Positions 18,903 through 28,912 of a DNA stretch of 49,930 bases are shown here, piece by piece. The translations under genes were made by a program, and so were the position numbers. The DNA comes from Candidatus Hodarchaeum mangrovi (GTDB lineage: Archaea; Asgardarchaeota; Heimdallarchaeia; Hodarchaeales; Hodarchaeaceae): positions 1 through 49,930 of the forward strand of contig JAEOUE010000198.1 in assembly GCA_016839515.1 (NCBI GenBank). The letters are read 5' to 3'. The notes below the pieces were generated by a model that was not told the DNA's origin, searched no databases, and was given only the letters and a program-made list of their open reading frames with translations. The stretch's first letter is position 1, and each line of letters opens with the position of its first letter.

Positions 18903-19691
18903 GTGCAAACGGATACTGAAATGACCTTTAATGCCTTACTTCAATTCTCAAAGAAGAAAAGCAATAGTAGAATTTGTGTGGGACTCGATTTAGCTACATA
19001 TGGCAGTAGGGAAAGTAATACTTTAAAGAAGGAACAAAATAAGCTTGAAATAATAATCAACTTAATAAATAATTTAGCACCTGAATGCTGTGCCTTTAAA
19101 ATCAATCGCCAATATATTCTTGATCTTTCTATTGAAGAGATCCAGCTAATTACAGAAACCGCTCATAAATTTAAAAAACCAATTATTATTGACCATAAGC
19201 TCTCAGACATTGGGTCTACAAACGAACAAGCAATATATCGTTTTTCTCAAGAAGGATTTGATGGTTTTACAGCTAGTCCTTATCCAGGTAATATTCAGGA
19301 AATCGCTCAAATGGGTCATTCAGCCATGCTAGCTTCTTTTTTTCTAGTTCTAATGTCTAACCCTGAAGCTATCTGGGTGAAAAATGCTTATTTAGATGGA
19401 TTAGCAATTTTTCAATATATAGCTCGCTTAGCAGATAAATTTGCTGATGGAGTTGTTATTGGAACCACGGGTCATATTACAGAAAAGGACTTACAATTAT
19501 TAAAATATGAACTTCATAATAAAGTAATACTAGCTCCTGGTATAGGAGCTCAAGGTGGAAACATGAAAATACTGCTCGATTTATTTGAGGAAGATGTTAT
19601 ATTCAATGTAGGTCGTTCCATTATTTATGATAGAGATCCACTTACTAAATTAAGGAAATTTAATATTGAAGTGAGTGAATCAGGTTTTTAG
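18903..19691 (+). CDS. pyrF: Orotidine 5'-phosphate decarboxylase
   Basis: CVGLD, AFK, DHKLSDIGST (DxKxxD), LAPGIGAQGG, NVGRSII. Confidence 0.95.
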   Translation: MQTDTEMTFNALLQFSKKKSNSRICVGLDLATYGSRESNTLKKEQNKLEIIINLINNLAPECCAFKINRQYILDLSIEEIQLITETAHKFKKPIIIDHKLSDIGSTNEQAIYRFSQEGFDGFTASPYPGNIQEIAQMGHSAMLASFFLVLMSNPEAIWVKNAYLDGLAIFQYIARLADKFADGVVIGTTGHITEKDLQLLKYELHNKVILAPGIGAQGGNMKILLDLFEEDVIFNVGRSIIYDRDPLTKLRKFNIEVSESGF

Positions 19692-20937
19692 ATTGCTTTT
19701 AACTAATTCTAAAGTAAAAATCCAGGATAAATATCTCAGAATTAATATTTTAATTAATGAGGAAACAGGTGTTATTCAAAAAACATTTCTTCGGGCCCCA
19801 AACTCTAAACAAAGAAGCGAACAGATATTTAATCTCAAAGGGAAATTTGTTATTCCTGGACTAGTTGATATTCATTCACATTTAAGAGATTTTGAAGAAT
19901 CATCAAAAGAAACTTTACTCACAGGAGCGAAAGCTGCTGCCGCTGGTGGGTATACTACTGTTTTTGATATGCCTAATAAAATACCCCCAATGCTCAACTT
20001 GGAGGATCTTGACAGATTCACTAAAAAAGCTAATAAAATTTCTTTTATAACAATTATTCCATATTTAATGCTTAATTCCGATACAAATTCATATTTACTT
20101 TCTAATTATTCATTTTTTAAAGCATATTTCGGAGATACTACAGGAAATTATCAAACAACTGAAGAAGATATTCTCAACTTTATAAAAGCAGAAGGTAAAT
20201 TTCTTAGTATCCATGCGGAAGATAATGCATTAATTGAACTTAATACAAAGAAGTATAATGATCGAGTAAAACATCATTGTGAGATAAGAGGGCCCTCAAC
20301 AGAAACAAAAGCAATTAACAGAATTATTACACTTAAAAATTCCTTAAAATCAAATTCATCGATACATTTTGCCCATATTACCTTAAAAGAATCTGTAATT
20401 TCTCTAATTTCAAATTTTTGCTCTTTTGAAGCAACTCCACACCATTTAAGTCTAAATCGAGATGATTATGAAAGATTAGGTACCTGGGGGAAGATGAATC
20501 CACCATTACGTTCCAAGAAAGAACAACATGATCTCTGGAATCTTTATCTAAATGCTCAAATTCCGATTATTGCTACAGATCACGCCCCACATACAAAGAA
20601 TGAAAAACTTGAGGTTTTCTTAAGTGGAATACCAGGACTAGAAACAGCACTTGCTGTAATATTGAATAAGCTTAAGCCAATCAGTGAGAAAAAGATGGAT
20701 TTAATCATGAATACTTTTTCATTAAATCCACGAAAGTTAATGGGATTAAGTAACTCCTCTGGAATTCAAGAGAATGAAATAGCAGATCTTACAATTATTG
20801 ACCCCTTAAAAGAAAAAACTGTTTTAGCTGATGAATTAAAGACTAAATGTGAATGGTCTCCATGGGAAGGACAGAAATTGTGCGGATGGCCTGTTTTAAC
20901 TATTCATAAGGGCCATATTTCATTTAATGAGATTTAG
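19675..20937 (+). CDS. pyrC: Dihydroorotase
   Basis: PGLVDIHSHLRD, GGYTTVFDMPN, HAED, EATPHHL, KMNPPLR, ATDHAPH; pyr context. Confidence 0.92.
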   Translation: MNQVFRLLLTNSKVKIQDKYLRINILINEETGVIQKTFLRAPNSKQRSEQIFNLKGKFVIPGLVDIHSHLRDFEESSKETLLTGAKAAAAGGYTTVFDMPNKIPPMLNLEDLDRFTKKANKISFITIIPYLMLNSDTNSYLLSNYSFFKAYFGDTTGNYQTTEEDILNFIKAEGKFLSIHAEDNALIELNTKKYNDRVKHHCEIRGPSTETKAINRIITLKNSLKSNSSIHFAHITLKESVISLISNFCSFEATPHHLSLNRDDYERLGTWGKMNPPLRSKKEQHDLWNLYLNAQIPIIATDHAPHTKNEKLEVFLSGIPGLETALAVILNKLKPISEKKMDLIMNTFSLNPRKLMGLSNSSGIQENEIADLTIIDPLKEKTVLADELKTKCEWSPWEGQKLCGWPVLTIHKGHISFNEI

Positions 20938-21781
20938 ATTCAAAGATATATTTAGAACCATTTTTGTTTCTCCCAAAAAACCCAAAATCAGTAACTTTTA
21001 CTAATATATCACCCCGAAAAACAGGACCATCACGACAAATGCTCAATCCATTAGCATCCAGAATACATGATCCACAAATTCCAAATCCGCACTTGATATA
21101 GCGATCTGCAAGATTAATTTGAGTAACAGGGATTAAGTCGTATAGTTTTGATATCTCTAGAACATTCTTTAACATCAATTCGGGACCACAGGCATAGATT
21201 TCTATTGTGGACTGATCAAAAGGATGATTTGCGAGGACATCATTCATTCTATCAGTAGGATATCCAGTATAACCTTCACTACCATCTTCAGTGCAATAAA
21301 TTAATTGATTCAGGGGAAGCTTTTCTAATTCTTTCTTAAAGAGAATTTCATTGTCCGTTTTAGCACCATATATTAAAACAACGTTCTTATCCCTTTTTAA
21401 ACATATTTCTGAAAGAAGATAACGAAGAGGAGCCATACCCATACCTCCTCCAATAATTAGAGCAGTCTTTTTTTTAGTTAGCCTGAATCCATTTCCAAAT
21501 GGACCTCGTAAACCGATTAAGGTTCCAGGATCGATATTGATCATGTTTCTGGAGGTTTGACCTAAGTCACAAATAGTAAAGAAAAGATGTTTTTTTTGTC
21601 TTTTACTAATGGAAATCGGAATCTCATCATCATTTGGAAGCCAAAGCATAAAAAATTGACCGGGTATCGTCGCAATAAACTCATGAAGATGGAATTCAAG
21701 AGTAGCTGTTTTCACATTTTCTTTCTTCTTCGAGATCACTGGTAAACTTCTTGGGAGATCATATCTTACCATATTATTCAT
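20924..21781 (-). CDS. pyrK: Dihydroorotate dehydrogenase electron transfer subunit
   Basis: PGQFFM, RGPFGNGF, GGGMGMAP, ACGP, and 2Fe-2S motif CGFGICGSC...C.DGPVF. Confidence 0.93.
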   Translation of the reverse strand: MNNMVRYDLPRSLPVISKKKENVKTATLEFHLHEFIATIPGQFFMLWLPNDDEIPISISKRQKKHLFFTICDLGQTSRNMINIDPGTLIGLRGPFGNGFRLTKKKTALIIGGGMGMAPLRYLLSEICLKRDKNVVLIYGAKTDNEILFKKELEKLPLNQLIYCTEDGSEGYTGYPTDRMNDVLANHPFDQSTIEIYACGPELMLKNVLEISKLYDLIPVTQINLADRYIKCGFGICGSCILDANGLSICRDGPVFRGDILVKVTDFGFFGRNKNGSKYIFESKSH

Positions 21782-22700
21782 GTACCAATCCTCTTAATGA
21801 ATAAAGGGAGGAAGAATTTTCTTCCAGGTACCCTACAATCCCTGTTATAATTTCAGTAGTTAGGTCTAGAGCTGAAGCCCTCACCAAGGCTGAACCTATT
21901 TGTACTGCACAGGCTCCTGCAAGAATATATTCTATCACATCTTCCCATTTCCATACCCCTCCAACCCCAATTAAAGGAATATTTTTACCAAAATAATCGA
22001 ATAGATCATAAATCATCCTAACTCCAACTGGTTTAATAGCTCTTCCAGATAATCCTCCTCTCTTATTGCTAAGGAATGGTTTTTTTATTTGAATATCAAT
22101 ATATAGGGCTTTTAGAGTATTTATCGCAACAATAACATCTGCTCCAGAATCCAATGCAACTTCTGCAATTGGAATTATGTCTGTGATATTAGGAGTTAGT
22201 TTCACCCAGATTGGGATTGAACTACACAATTTTACTTCGGATATAATTTCAGAAACAACTTCTGGATCTGTACCTATGGCTAATCCAACTTTATCTGCAT
22301 GGGGACAGCTTAAATTAATCTCAAATGCAATTGGTTTAGGTAATTCAAATTCTTCAAAGAATGTAATAATTTGATGAAACTCCTCTGGGGAGGAACCAAA
22401 AACTGAAATAACATATTTAGTATCTTTATCAATATTTTTAAGCTCCTCTCCAAATTTTTCATACCCAAGATTTGCTAAACCAACAGCATTGATCACGGAT
22501 TGAGTCTCAGGAATATAAAAAACGCTTGGATTCGAGTATCCGTCTCTTGGTTCTAAACCCACTGATTTTGTTACAACCGCCCCAAAACCTTCATGATAAA
22601 TTTTGTTTAATGTTGAATAACTTGAACCAAGTATTCCAGAAGCTAAAATCAATGGATTTCTTAATACAATAGACCCAATAGTTGCTTCTAATTGATTCAA
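21774..22700 (-). CDS. pyrD: Dihydroorotate dehydrogenase, family 1B catalytic subunit
   Basis: NPLILASG, TKSV, INLSCPH, VKLTPN, GGLSGRAIKP, IGVGGV. Confidence 0.95.
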   Translation of the reverse strand: MNQLEATIGSIVLRNPLILASGILGSSYSTLNKIYHEGFGAVVTKSVGLEPRDGYSNPSVFYIPETQSVINAVGLANLGYEKFGEELKNIDKDTKYVISVFGSSPEEFHQIITFFEEFELPKPIAFEINLSCPHADKVGLAIGTDPEVVSEIISEVKLCSSIPIWVKLTPNITDIIPIAEVALDSGADVIVAINTLKALYIDIQIKKPFLSNKRGGLSGRAIKPVGVRMIYDLFDYFGKNIPLIGVGGVWKWEDVIEYILAGACAVQIGSALVRASALDLTTEIITGIVGYLEENSSSLYSLRGLVHE

Positions 22701-22703
22701 TAA

Positions 22704-23204
22704 TTAAGACACCATTGTTAAGGTTTGAAAGACATCAAATATCTTATCACAGTAGATACATCGCAATTTTACTGATTCATTAGTACCATTACTTTTTATA
22801 ACTTTGAATTCAGGTTCAACATCTTCATGTAACTTAGTAATGCAGGAATGACCTGGACATTGAAATAATCCACGAGTAAACTCTGGAGTCTCCAATCGTA
22901 CTTTTCTAATTATTTTATAGTCCTCAATAACTACCAAATTACTTCCAGCTATTAATAATCCTAGCATCTCTAGATTAAGATCTGATTCCTTTATATTTCG
23001 TATTTTTAAAACATCTTTTCGTCCTAATCGTTTAGATGAAACATTTATTGCGACAAATACAGAGTGTGGATAATGATTATCAATTTTCAATGCCTGAAGA
23101 ACTAAAAACGCGGTTCCAGCAGGAGTAATATGATCAATAACAATTCCATTATCAATTTTATTAACTATTAATTGCTTTTTATCAGCCAACTCATCATTTT
23201 CCAT
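22704..23204 (-). CDS. pyrI: Aspartate carbamoyltransferase regulatory chain
   Basis: I.NGIVIDHI, S.RLG.KDVLKI, Zn site CP...CIT and LRCIYC. Confidence 0.95.
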   Translation of the reverse strand: MENDELADKKQLIVNKIDNGIVIDHITPAGTAFLVLQALKIDNHYPHSVFVAINVSSKRLGRKDVLKIRNIKESDLNLEMLGLLIAGSNLVVIEDYKIIRKVRLETPEFTRGLFQCPGHSCITKLHEDVEPEFKVIKSNGTNESVKLRCIYCDKIFDVFQTLTMVS

Positions 23205-23211
23205 TTGATAG

Positions 23212-24156
23212 TCACTTCCTGTGTTCTAACAATTTTTTAAGAAGAGCCATCCTTGTAAAAACTCCATTCTTAGCTTGTTCAAAATATAATGCTTGTGGAA
23301 GTTGATCGATTGCATAAGGAATTTCATCCACCCGAGGAAGAGGATGCATTATGATAAGTGAGTCCTTGGCAAGTTTCATTAAGGATGGATGAACTTGATA
23401 TGAACCTTTAACTTTATTAAACAACATTGGATCAGGGAATCTTTCTTTTTGGAGTCGTGTAATATATAATACATCTAACTCTCCTATAATTTCACTAAGA
23501 TTTTCTAAGTTTATAATGTTGAGGTTGGAATCTTCTAAATCATAAAGAAGCTCTTCTTGAAGACTTAGTGTAGGATGGGAAATCGAGTAAATTGTATTTT
23601 TTCCAAATTTAGATAAGGCAAAAAGAAGAGAAGAAATCGTTCTGCTATATCTTAAATCACCAACTAATCCTACATTTAATCCATCCAATCGCTTTAATTT
23701 TTCATGAATCGTAAAAATATCCAAAAGAGCTTGAGTTGGATGTTCCTGACTTCCTGAACCTCCTGAAATCACTGAAACACCTTGACGATCAGCTATTTTT
23801 GCTGCCAACTTTGCAGAACCACGATGAGGATGACGGAGTACAATACAATCAGAGTAGCTAGCAAGCATGGTGATTGTGTCAGATAAAGATTCACCTTTTT
23901 CAATTGATGTCCCAGCTTGACTTGAGAAGCCCATACAGGTACCTCCAAGTCTTAACATTGCACTTTCAAACGAGAGACGTGTTCTAGTACTGGGTTCCCA
24001 GAATGCTAAAGCTAATATCCTACCATTAAGTAAGTTGGAATATTTAGAGGGAAATTTCTTAATCTCATAGGTCTGGTTGATAATTTCCTGAATATATTCT
24101 TCTTTCATGTCTCGTATCCCAATTATATGGGAAACTGTTTCTTTTTGATCATACAT
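23212..24156 (-). CDS. pyrB: Aspartate carbamoyltransferase catalytic chain
   Basis: EPSTRTRLSFE, KGESLSDT, HPTQALLD, TRLQKER, MHPLPR. Confidence 0.97.
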   Translation of the reverse strand: MYDQKETVSHIIGIRDMKEEYIQEIINQTYEIKKFPSKYSNLLNGRILALAFWEPSTRTRLSFESAMLRLGGTCMGFSSQAGTSIEKGESLSDTITMLASYSDCIVLRHPHRGSAKLAAKIADRQGVSVISGGSGSQEHPTQALLDIFTIHEKLKRLDGLNVGLVGDLRYSRTISSLLFALSKFGKNTIYSISHPTLSLQEELLYDLEDSNLNIINLENLSEIIGELDVLYITRLQKERFPDPMLFNKVKGSYQVHPSLMKLAKDSLIIMHPLPRVDEIPYAIDQLPQALYFEQAKNGVFTRMALLKKLLEHRK

Positions 24157-24162
24157 ATGTTT

Positions 24163-25779
24163 TTATCTCCGTTTATATTTTTGACAAGCTCTAACAAATG
24201 CAAGGAAGATTGGGGAGGGATTTTCAAACCGTGATAGAAATTCAGGATGATATTGAGTTCCAATAAAAAATGGATGGTTATGGTATTCTCCTATATGAAC
24301 AACAGATTCATCTGCAGATTTTCCTGAAAAAACAAACCCATGTGATTCAAATTGAGTTAAATAATCAGGATTTATTTCATAACGATGACGAAATCGCTCA
24401 TGAATTATTGTTTGTTCGTAGATTTGATGTGCTAAAGTTCCCTCTTGAATTTTCACAGGATAAGACCCTAATCGCATGGTTCCTCCCTTACGATAAACTT
24501 TCTTTTGTGAGGGGAGGAGATCAATAACAGGATATTCAGTATGCAAGTCAAATTCAGTTGAATTGGCATTCTCTAATCCACATACATTACGAGCAAATTC
24601 AATAATAGCACACTGTAAACCTAAACATAATCCAAGAAATGGAATACCTTTCTCACGAGTCTCTTTAATTAGTCTGATTTTCCCTTCAATTCCTCTTAAT
24701 CCAAATCCACCTGGAATAATAAGACCATCACATCTACTCAATTCGTCAATGATTTCATGATTATTTTCATCTGTAGTCTCTATTAGGACTGGGGTAATTC
24801 CCACTCCTAAATGAGCGCCAGCATGAGTTAAAGCTTTAGTTACTGATACATAAGCATCTCCAAGCTGAGTGTACTTCCCTCCTAATCCAACTCGTAGTTT
24901 CTCAGTTGGATAAGAAATAGAGAAGACTAATTCTTTCCATTTATCAAGATTTGGGATTTTTTGGATTTTCAAATTCAATTTTTGTGATACACTATTTAAA
25001 ATATTTTCCTCAATTAACAGGAAGGGATAATTATATGTAACTGGTATATCGTGACCTGAAATAACATTATTTATAGGCACATTACAAAACATTGCAATTT
25101 TTTCACGAACATCTTCACTTAATGGGGAATCTGTACGACAGAGGAGAATATCAGGTTGAACTCCCATCCCCTGAAGGATTTTAACGCTTGTTTGGGTTGG
25201 TTTTGTTTTCTGTTCTCCCACTACTTTCAAAGTTGGAACTAGTGTAACATGAACCCAGCATAAATCGGTAGAATTTACTTTCAAACTTAACTGTCGCATT
25301 GCTTCAATAAAATACGAGTTTTCTATGTCTCCAACCGTTCCACCCACCTCAACAAGTGTAATATCGGTAACTTCATCCTTTTGTCGAATCCATTGAATTA
25401 TTTCATTTGTTACATGGGGAATAAATTGAATATCCTGTCCTAAAAATTCGCCTTGCCGTTCTTTCTCAATAATTAAATGAAAAATCTGACCTCCAGTTAA
25501 TGAAGACCATGAATCTAACGATTTATTTAAAAAACGTTCATATTCACCAAGATCCATATCAGTCTCGGTTCCATCATCTAAGACAAAGACTTCTCCATGT
25601 TTGAAGGGGTTAATAGTTCCAGCATCAACATTTAAGTAACCATCAAATTTTATTGGAGTGGTTCTAAATCCTGAAGCTTCCAAGAGTTTGGCTAAAGAAG
25701 CAGCAAATAATCCCTTTCCAAGTCCTGATAGCACACCTCCAGTTACTATTATGTATTTATGCAGTATTTTAATCACCAA
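24163..25779 (-). CDS. pyrG: CTP synthase
   Basis: TGGVLSGLGKG, HGEVFV, GGTVGDIE, KTKPTQ, GLCLGLQ, RHRYE, QYHPEF. Confidence 0.97.
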   Translation of the reverse strand: MVIKILHKYIIVTGGVLSGLGKGLFAASLAKLLEASGFRTTPIKFDGYLNVDAGTINPFKHGEVFVLDDGTETDMDLGEYERFLNKSLDSWSSLTGGQIFHLIIEKERQGEFLGQDIQFIPHVTNEIIQWIRQKDEVTDITLVEVGGTVGDIENSYFIEAMRQLSLKVNSTDLCWVHVTLVPTLKVVGEQKTKPTQTSVKILQGMGVQPDILLCRTDSPLSEDVREKIAMFCNVPINNVISGHDIPVTYNYPFLLIEENILNSVSQKLNLKIQKIPNLDKWKELVFSISYPTEKLRVGLGGKYTQLGDAYVSVTKALTHAGAHLGVGITPVLIETTDENNHEIIDELSRCDGLIIPGGFGLRGIEGKIRLIKETREKGIPFLGLCLGLQCAIIEFARNVCGLENANSTEFDLHTEYPVIDLLPSQKKVYRKGGTMRLGSYPVKIQEGTLAHQIYEQTIIHERFRHRYEINPDYLTQFESHGFVFSGKSADESVVHIGEYHNHPFFIGTQYHPEFLSRFENPSPIFLAFVRACQKYKRR

Positions 25780-26073
25780 ATTAATATAAATATATATATT
25801 TTATTTTATTAAATCAATCTAATATTAAGTCTTTTTTAAGGCTAATTTAGGAATGAAATCAATCTATTAATACTAATTCTTAAGGTAATTAAGTAAATAA
25901 TCCAAATCAATCTTTATTTTGAAAATAAAATATAAGATGATCGACCTTTTAATATTATAGTCTCACTTCCAATATGGTCTTTTGTAGCTATTGTAAAAGA
26001 AGTAATATATTTTATTATTTCCAAAAGAGAGTCTAATGCCAGTACCTCATTCAAAGGATTATAATTTGCTGAG

Positions 26074-27471
26074 TTGAAGCAAATGGATGTTTATGATATA
26101 ATCATTATCGGAACAGGACCCGCAGGAATATTTTCAGCCTTAGAATTAATTACTGAACCGATCAAAATTCTAATGCTAGAAAGTGGACATAATCTAAAAC
26201 ATCGCATTGGAGGAAATCAGGTCATGCAAGGGTGGGGTGGAGCGGGTTCTTTCTCTGATGGAAAATTAACATTAACTCCTGACGTAGGAGGATTTTTGGC
26301 TGACTATTTACCTTTAAGAACTCTTGAAAACTTAATTAAAGAAATAGAAGATATTTATCTAGAATTTGGAGCATCACCTGATCGATTAGTAACTGGTGAG
26401 GGAGAAGCCATCAATAATGCACGAAAAAATGCTCTTAAAAATGGAATTACTTTGGTCCCTTACAGACTTTTACATATCGGAACAGATGTATGTGCTGAGA
26501 TCCTTGCACGAATGCATGACTTCTTGACGCATACAACAAAGGTAAAAATTAATTTCGATGAAACAGCTAGAGGGATTAAGATCGGGGAAAAAAATATTCA
26601 TGGAGTTACTACCGATAAAGGAGAATATTGGGGAAAAAACATTATTATGGCAACAGGGCGGTCTGGAGCTGCTTGGATGCGAAAAGTTGCATTAGAACTA
26701 GGATTAACCATGGAAAGTAATCCAGTTGATATCGGAGTCCGTGTAGAAGTACCAGCGGAAATATGTTCGCATTTGACTGATTTAGTTTACGAGTTTAAAG
26801 CAAAATACTATTCACCCACCTTTGAACAGGAATGTCGTACATTTTGCGTCTGTCCAAATGGTGAGGTGACCAAAGAGGTAGTATACGATCCAGAAACAAA
26901 TGACAAATTTATAACTGTAAATGGACATAGTTTTTCAAGCAAGGAAAAACAAACTCCTAATACTAATTTTGCTTTGTTAGTCAGTAGTAGATTTACAGAA
27001 CCTTTCGATGATCCCTTAGCTTATGGCCGTTCAGTTAGTAAATTAGCAAATCTCTTAACCAATGGAAATGTTATTGTACAAAGGTTATCTGATTTAAAAC
27101 GTGGTAGACGATCAAATTATGAGAGAATCCGTAGGTCTGCAATCACCCCCACACTAAAAGATGCAATTCCAGGAGATTTATCATTTGTTCTTCCTTATCG
27201 TCATCTCTGTAGCATATTGGAAATGATAGAAGCGTTAGATACCATAATCCCTGGAGTTAATTCAAATAATACACTTTTATATGGTGTGGAGACAAAATAC
27301 TATTCAAATAAATTGAAATTGACAGAAGAATTAGAGACTGAAATAAAAGGATTATATGCCATAGGTGACGGAGCAGGTGTGACAAGGTCGTTGGTTCAGG
27401 CAAGTATTTCTGGACTAGTAGCCGCTCGTTCCATCAAAAAAAAATTGAAAATGGAACCTAGCGAACTATAA
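26074..27471 (+). CDS. FAD-dependent oxidoreductase (uncharacterised dehydrogenase family)
   Basis: IIGTGPAG, GGAGSFSDGKL, HIGTD, RTFCVCPNG, NTNFALL, GDGAG. Confidence 0.88.
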   Translation: MKQMDVYDIIIIGTGPAGIFSALELITEPIKILMLESGHNLKHRIGGNQVMQGWGGAGSFSDGKLTLTPDVGGFLADYLPLRTLENLIKEIEDIYLEFGASPDRLVTGEGEAINNARKNALKNGITLVPYRLLHIGTDVCAEILARMHDFLTHTTKVKINFDETARGIKIGEKNIHGVTTDKGEYWGKNIIMATGRSGAAWMRKVALELGLTMESNPVDIGVRVEVPAEICSHLTDLVYEFKAKYYSPTFEQECRTFCVCPNGEVTKEVVYDPETNDKFITVNGHSFSSKEKQTPNTNFALLVSSRFTEPFDDPLAYGRSVSKLANLLTNGNVIVQRLSDLKRGRRSNYERIRRSAITPTLKDAIPGDLSFVLPYRHLCSILEMIEALDTIIPGVNSNNTLLYGVETKYYSNKLKLTEELETEIKGLYAIGDGAGVTRSLVQASISGLVAARSIKKKLKMEPSEL

Positions 27472-27520
27472 AGCAATAAGATTAGAAAATTATGAAAAAA
27501 TAAGGGGAATTTTTATTCCT

Positions 27521-28885
27521 TTAAGATGGCAGAGTTTTTCCATTAATTGGTTTTGGTTTTATAAGGAGCAACAATAAGACCATTGCAAAAATGACCAATA
27601 TACCTGAAGATAAGAAAGCTATACCAGGACCAAAAAATAAAAGATTGTTTCCAAAATCAAAATTATAAGGAAGAAAGAGGTCATATAACCAACCACCTAG
27701 AATAGGCCCTAATACTGAACCGAAATTATTAGAAGCTTGAACAACACCAAATTCTTTCCCACGTACCTCTTCAGGTATCAAATCACTTTGTAAAGAACGG
27801 AACGACGGAGTGAAAATACTAAAAAGAAACCGTGTGAACGTAAAAACTACTACGAGCATAAATATAGACATTCTAAATCCAATCAAAATCATTACAAAAC
27901 CTCCAAACATCCCTGAAATCCAAGTAGTCCTTTTTTGACCAAATTTGTCGCTGATTGTTCCGCCAAGAGGGGCACCTAGTAATGCCAGTGCTCCTATTAT
28001 ACCTATAACTAAAGCAATCTCTTCGGGGTCGAGAAAGTACATTTCTTCGATAAATAAAGCAGCTACTGGAATCAATAGAGAAAGTCCCAATCCGTTTACT
28101 AATGCTACGAGATAGAGTGTGTAAATACTGCGATTTCGATAACCCTCCGTGGCAGTTAAGACCCTAAAAAGAATTTTTGGACTCTGAATGATTTTTTTAA
28201 TCATTGCTTTTGTTGAATTCAGATATAACTCTTTTATTGACATCCCAGGAATCACTTTAGGATCTTTTACCCAAAAAAGAACCATTAATGTTGATGTAAC
28301 GCCTAAAAAACCCACACTGATGAATGTTAACCGATATGAAAGTGTTTCAGCAACAAATAATCCTTTAGAAAAAAAGGAAAAAAGACCAAAGCCTAGAAAA
28401 GGTCCTAAGGTTACGCCTCCTAACATTGCAAAGATATAGAGACCCAGATTTCTTCCTCTACTCTTCTCATCGGAAATATCAACCACTAAAGCTTCACCGA
28501 TAGCCCAAACAGAGGCAGTACCAATTCCTTGGATAGCTCGTAATGAAAATAATGTCAAAAAATCCGTTGCGAATCCATAGCCTATCATTAAAATGGTATA
28601 AAGGGTCATTCCGATCAATATTAATGGTTTACGTCCTGTCATATCTGATAATTCACCAAAAGCAGGTGTCAGAAATACTTGAACAAATTTCGAAGCAGCA
28701 ATAATAAGACCAATCTGTATTCCGATTCCAAAAACAAGAAAATTTAAAAGCTTAATTTCGCTTAAAATGTCATTTGCATAAATAGGAAAAAAGGGAGTTA
28801 TTACTGTATACCCTGTAACAATAATAAAAGATGCAAGATAAAGTGTAATAAGATTTCTTTTCGGATTAATTGAATATTCAGTCAT
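27521..28885 (-). CDS. MFS transporter (DHA1-like)
   Basis: Motif A (GELSDMTGRK; GTISDKFGQK), about 12 TM segments, GPILGG. Confidence 0.92.
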   Translation of the reverse strand: MTEYSINPKRNLITLYLASFIIVTGYTVITPFFPIYANDILSEIKLLNFLVFGIGIQIGLIIAASKFVQVFLTPAFGELSDMTGRKPLILIGMTLYTILMIGYGFATDFLTLFSLRAIQGIGTASVWAIGEALVVDISDEKSRGRNLGLYIFAMLGGVTLGPFLGFGLFSFFSKGLFVAETLSYRLTFISVGFLGVTSTLMVLFWVKDPKVIPGMSIKELYLNSTKAMIKKIIQSPKILFRVLTATEGYRNRSIYTLYLVALVNGLGLSLLIPVAALFIEEMYFLDPEEIALVIGIIGALALLGAPLGGTISDKFGQKRTTWISGMFGGFVMILIGFRMSIFMLVVVFTFTRFLFSIFTPSFRSLQSDLIPEEVRGKEFGVVQASNNFGSVLGPILGGWLYDLFLPYNFDFGNNLLFFGPGIAFLSSGILVIFAMVLLLLLIKPKPINGKTLPS

Positions 28886-28912
28886 TTATCTTATTTCCAA
28901 AGAAATAATTTA

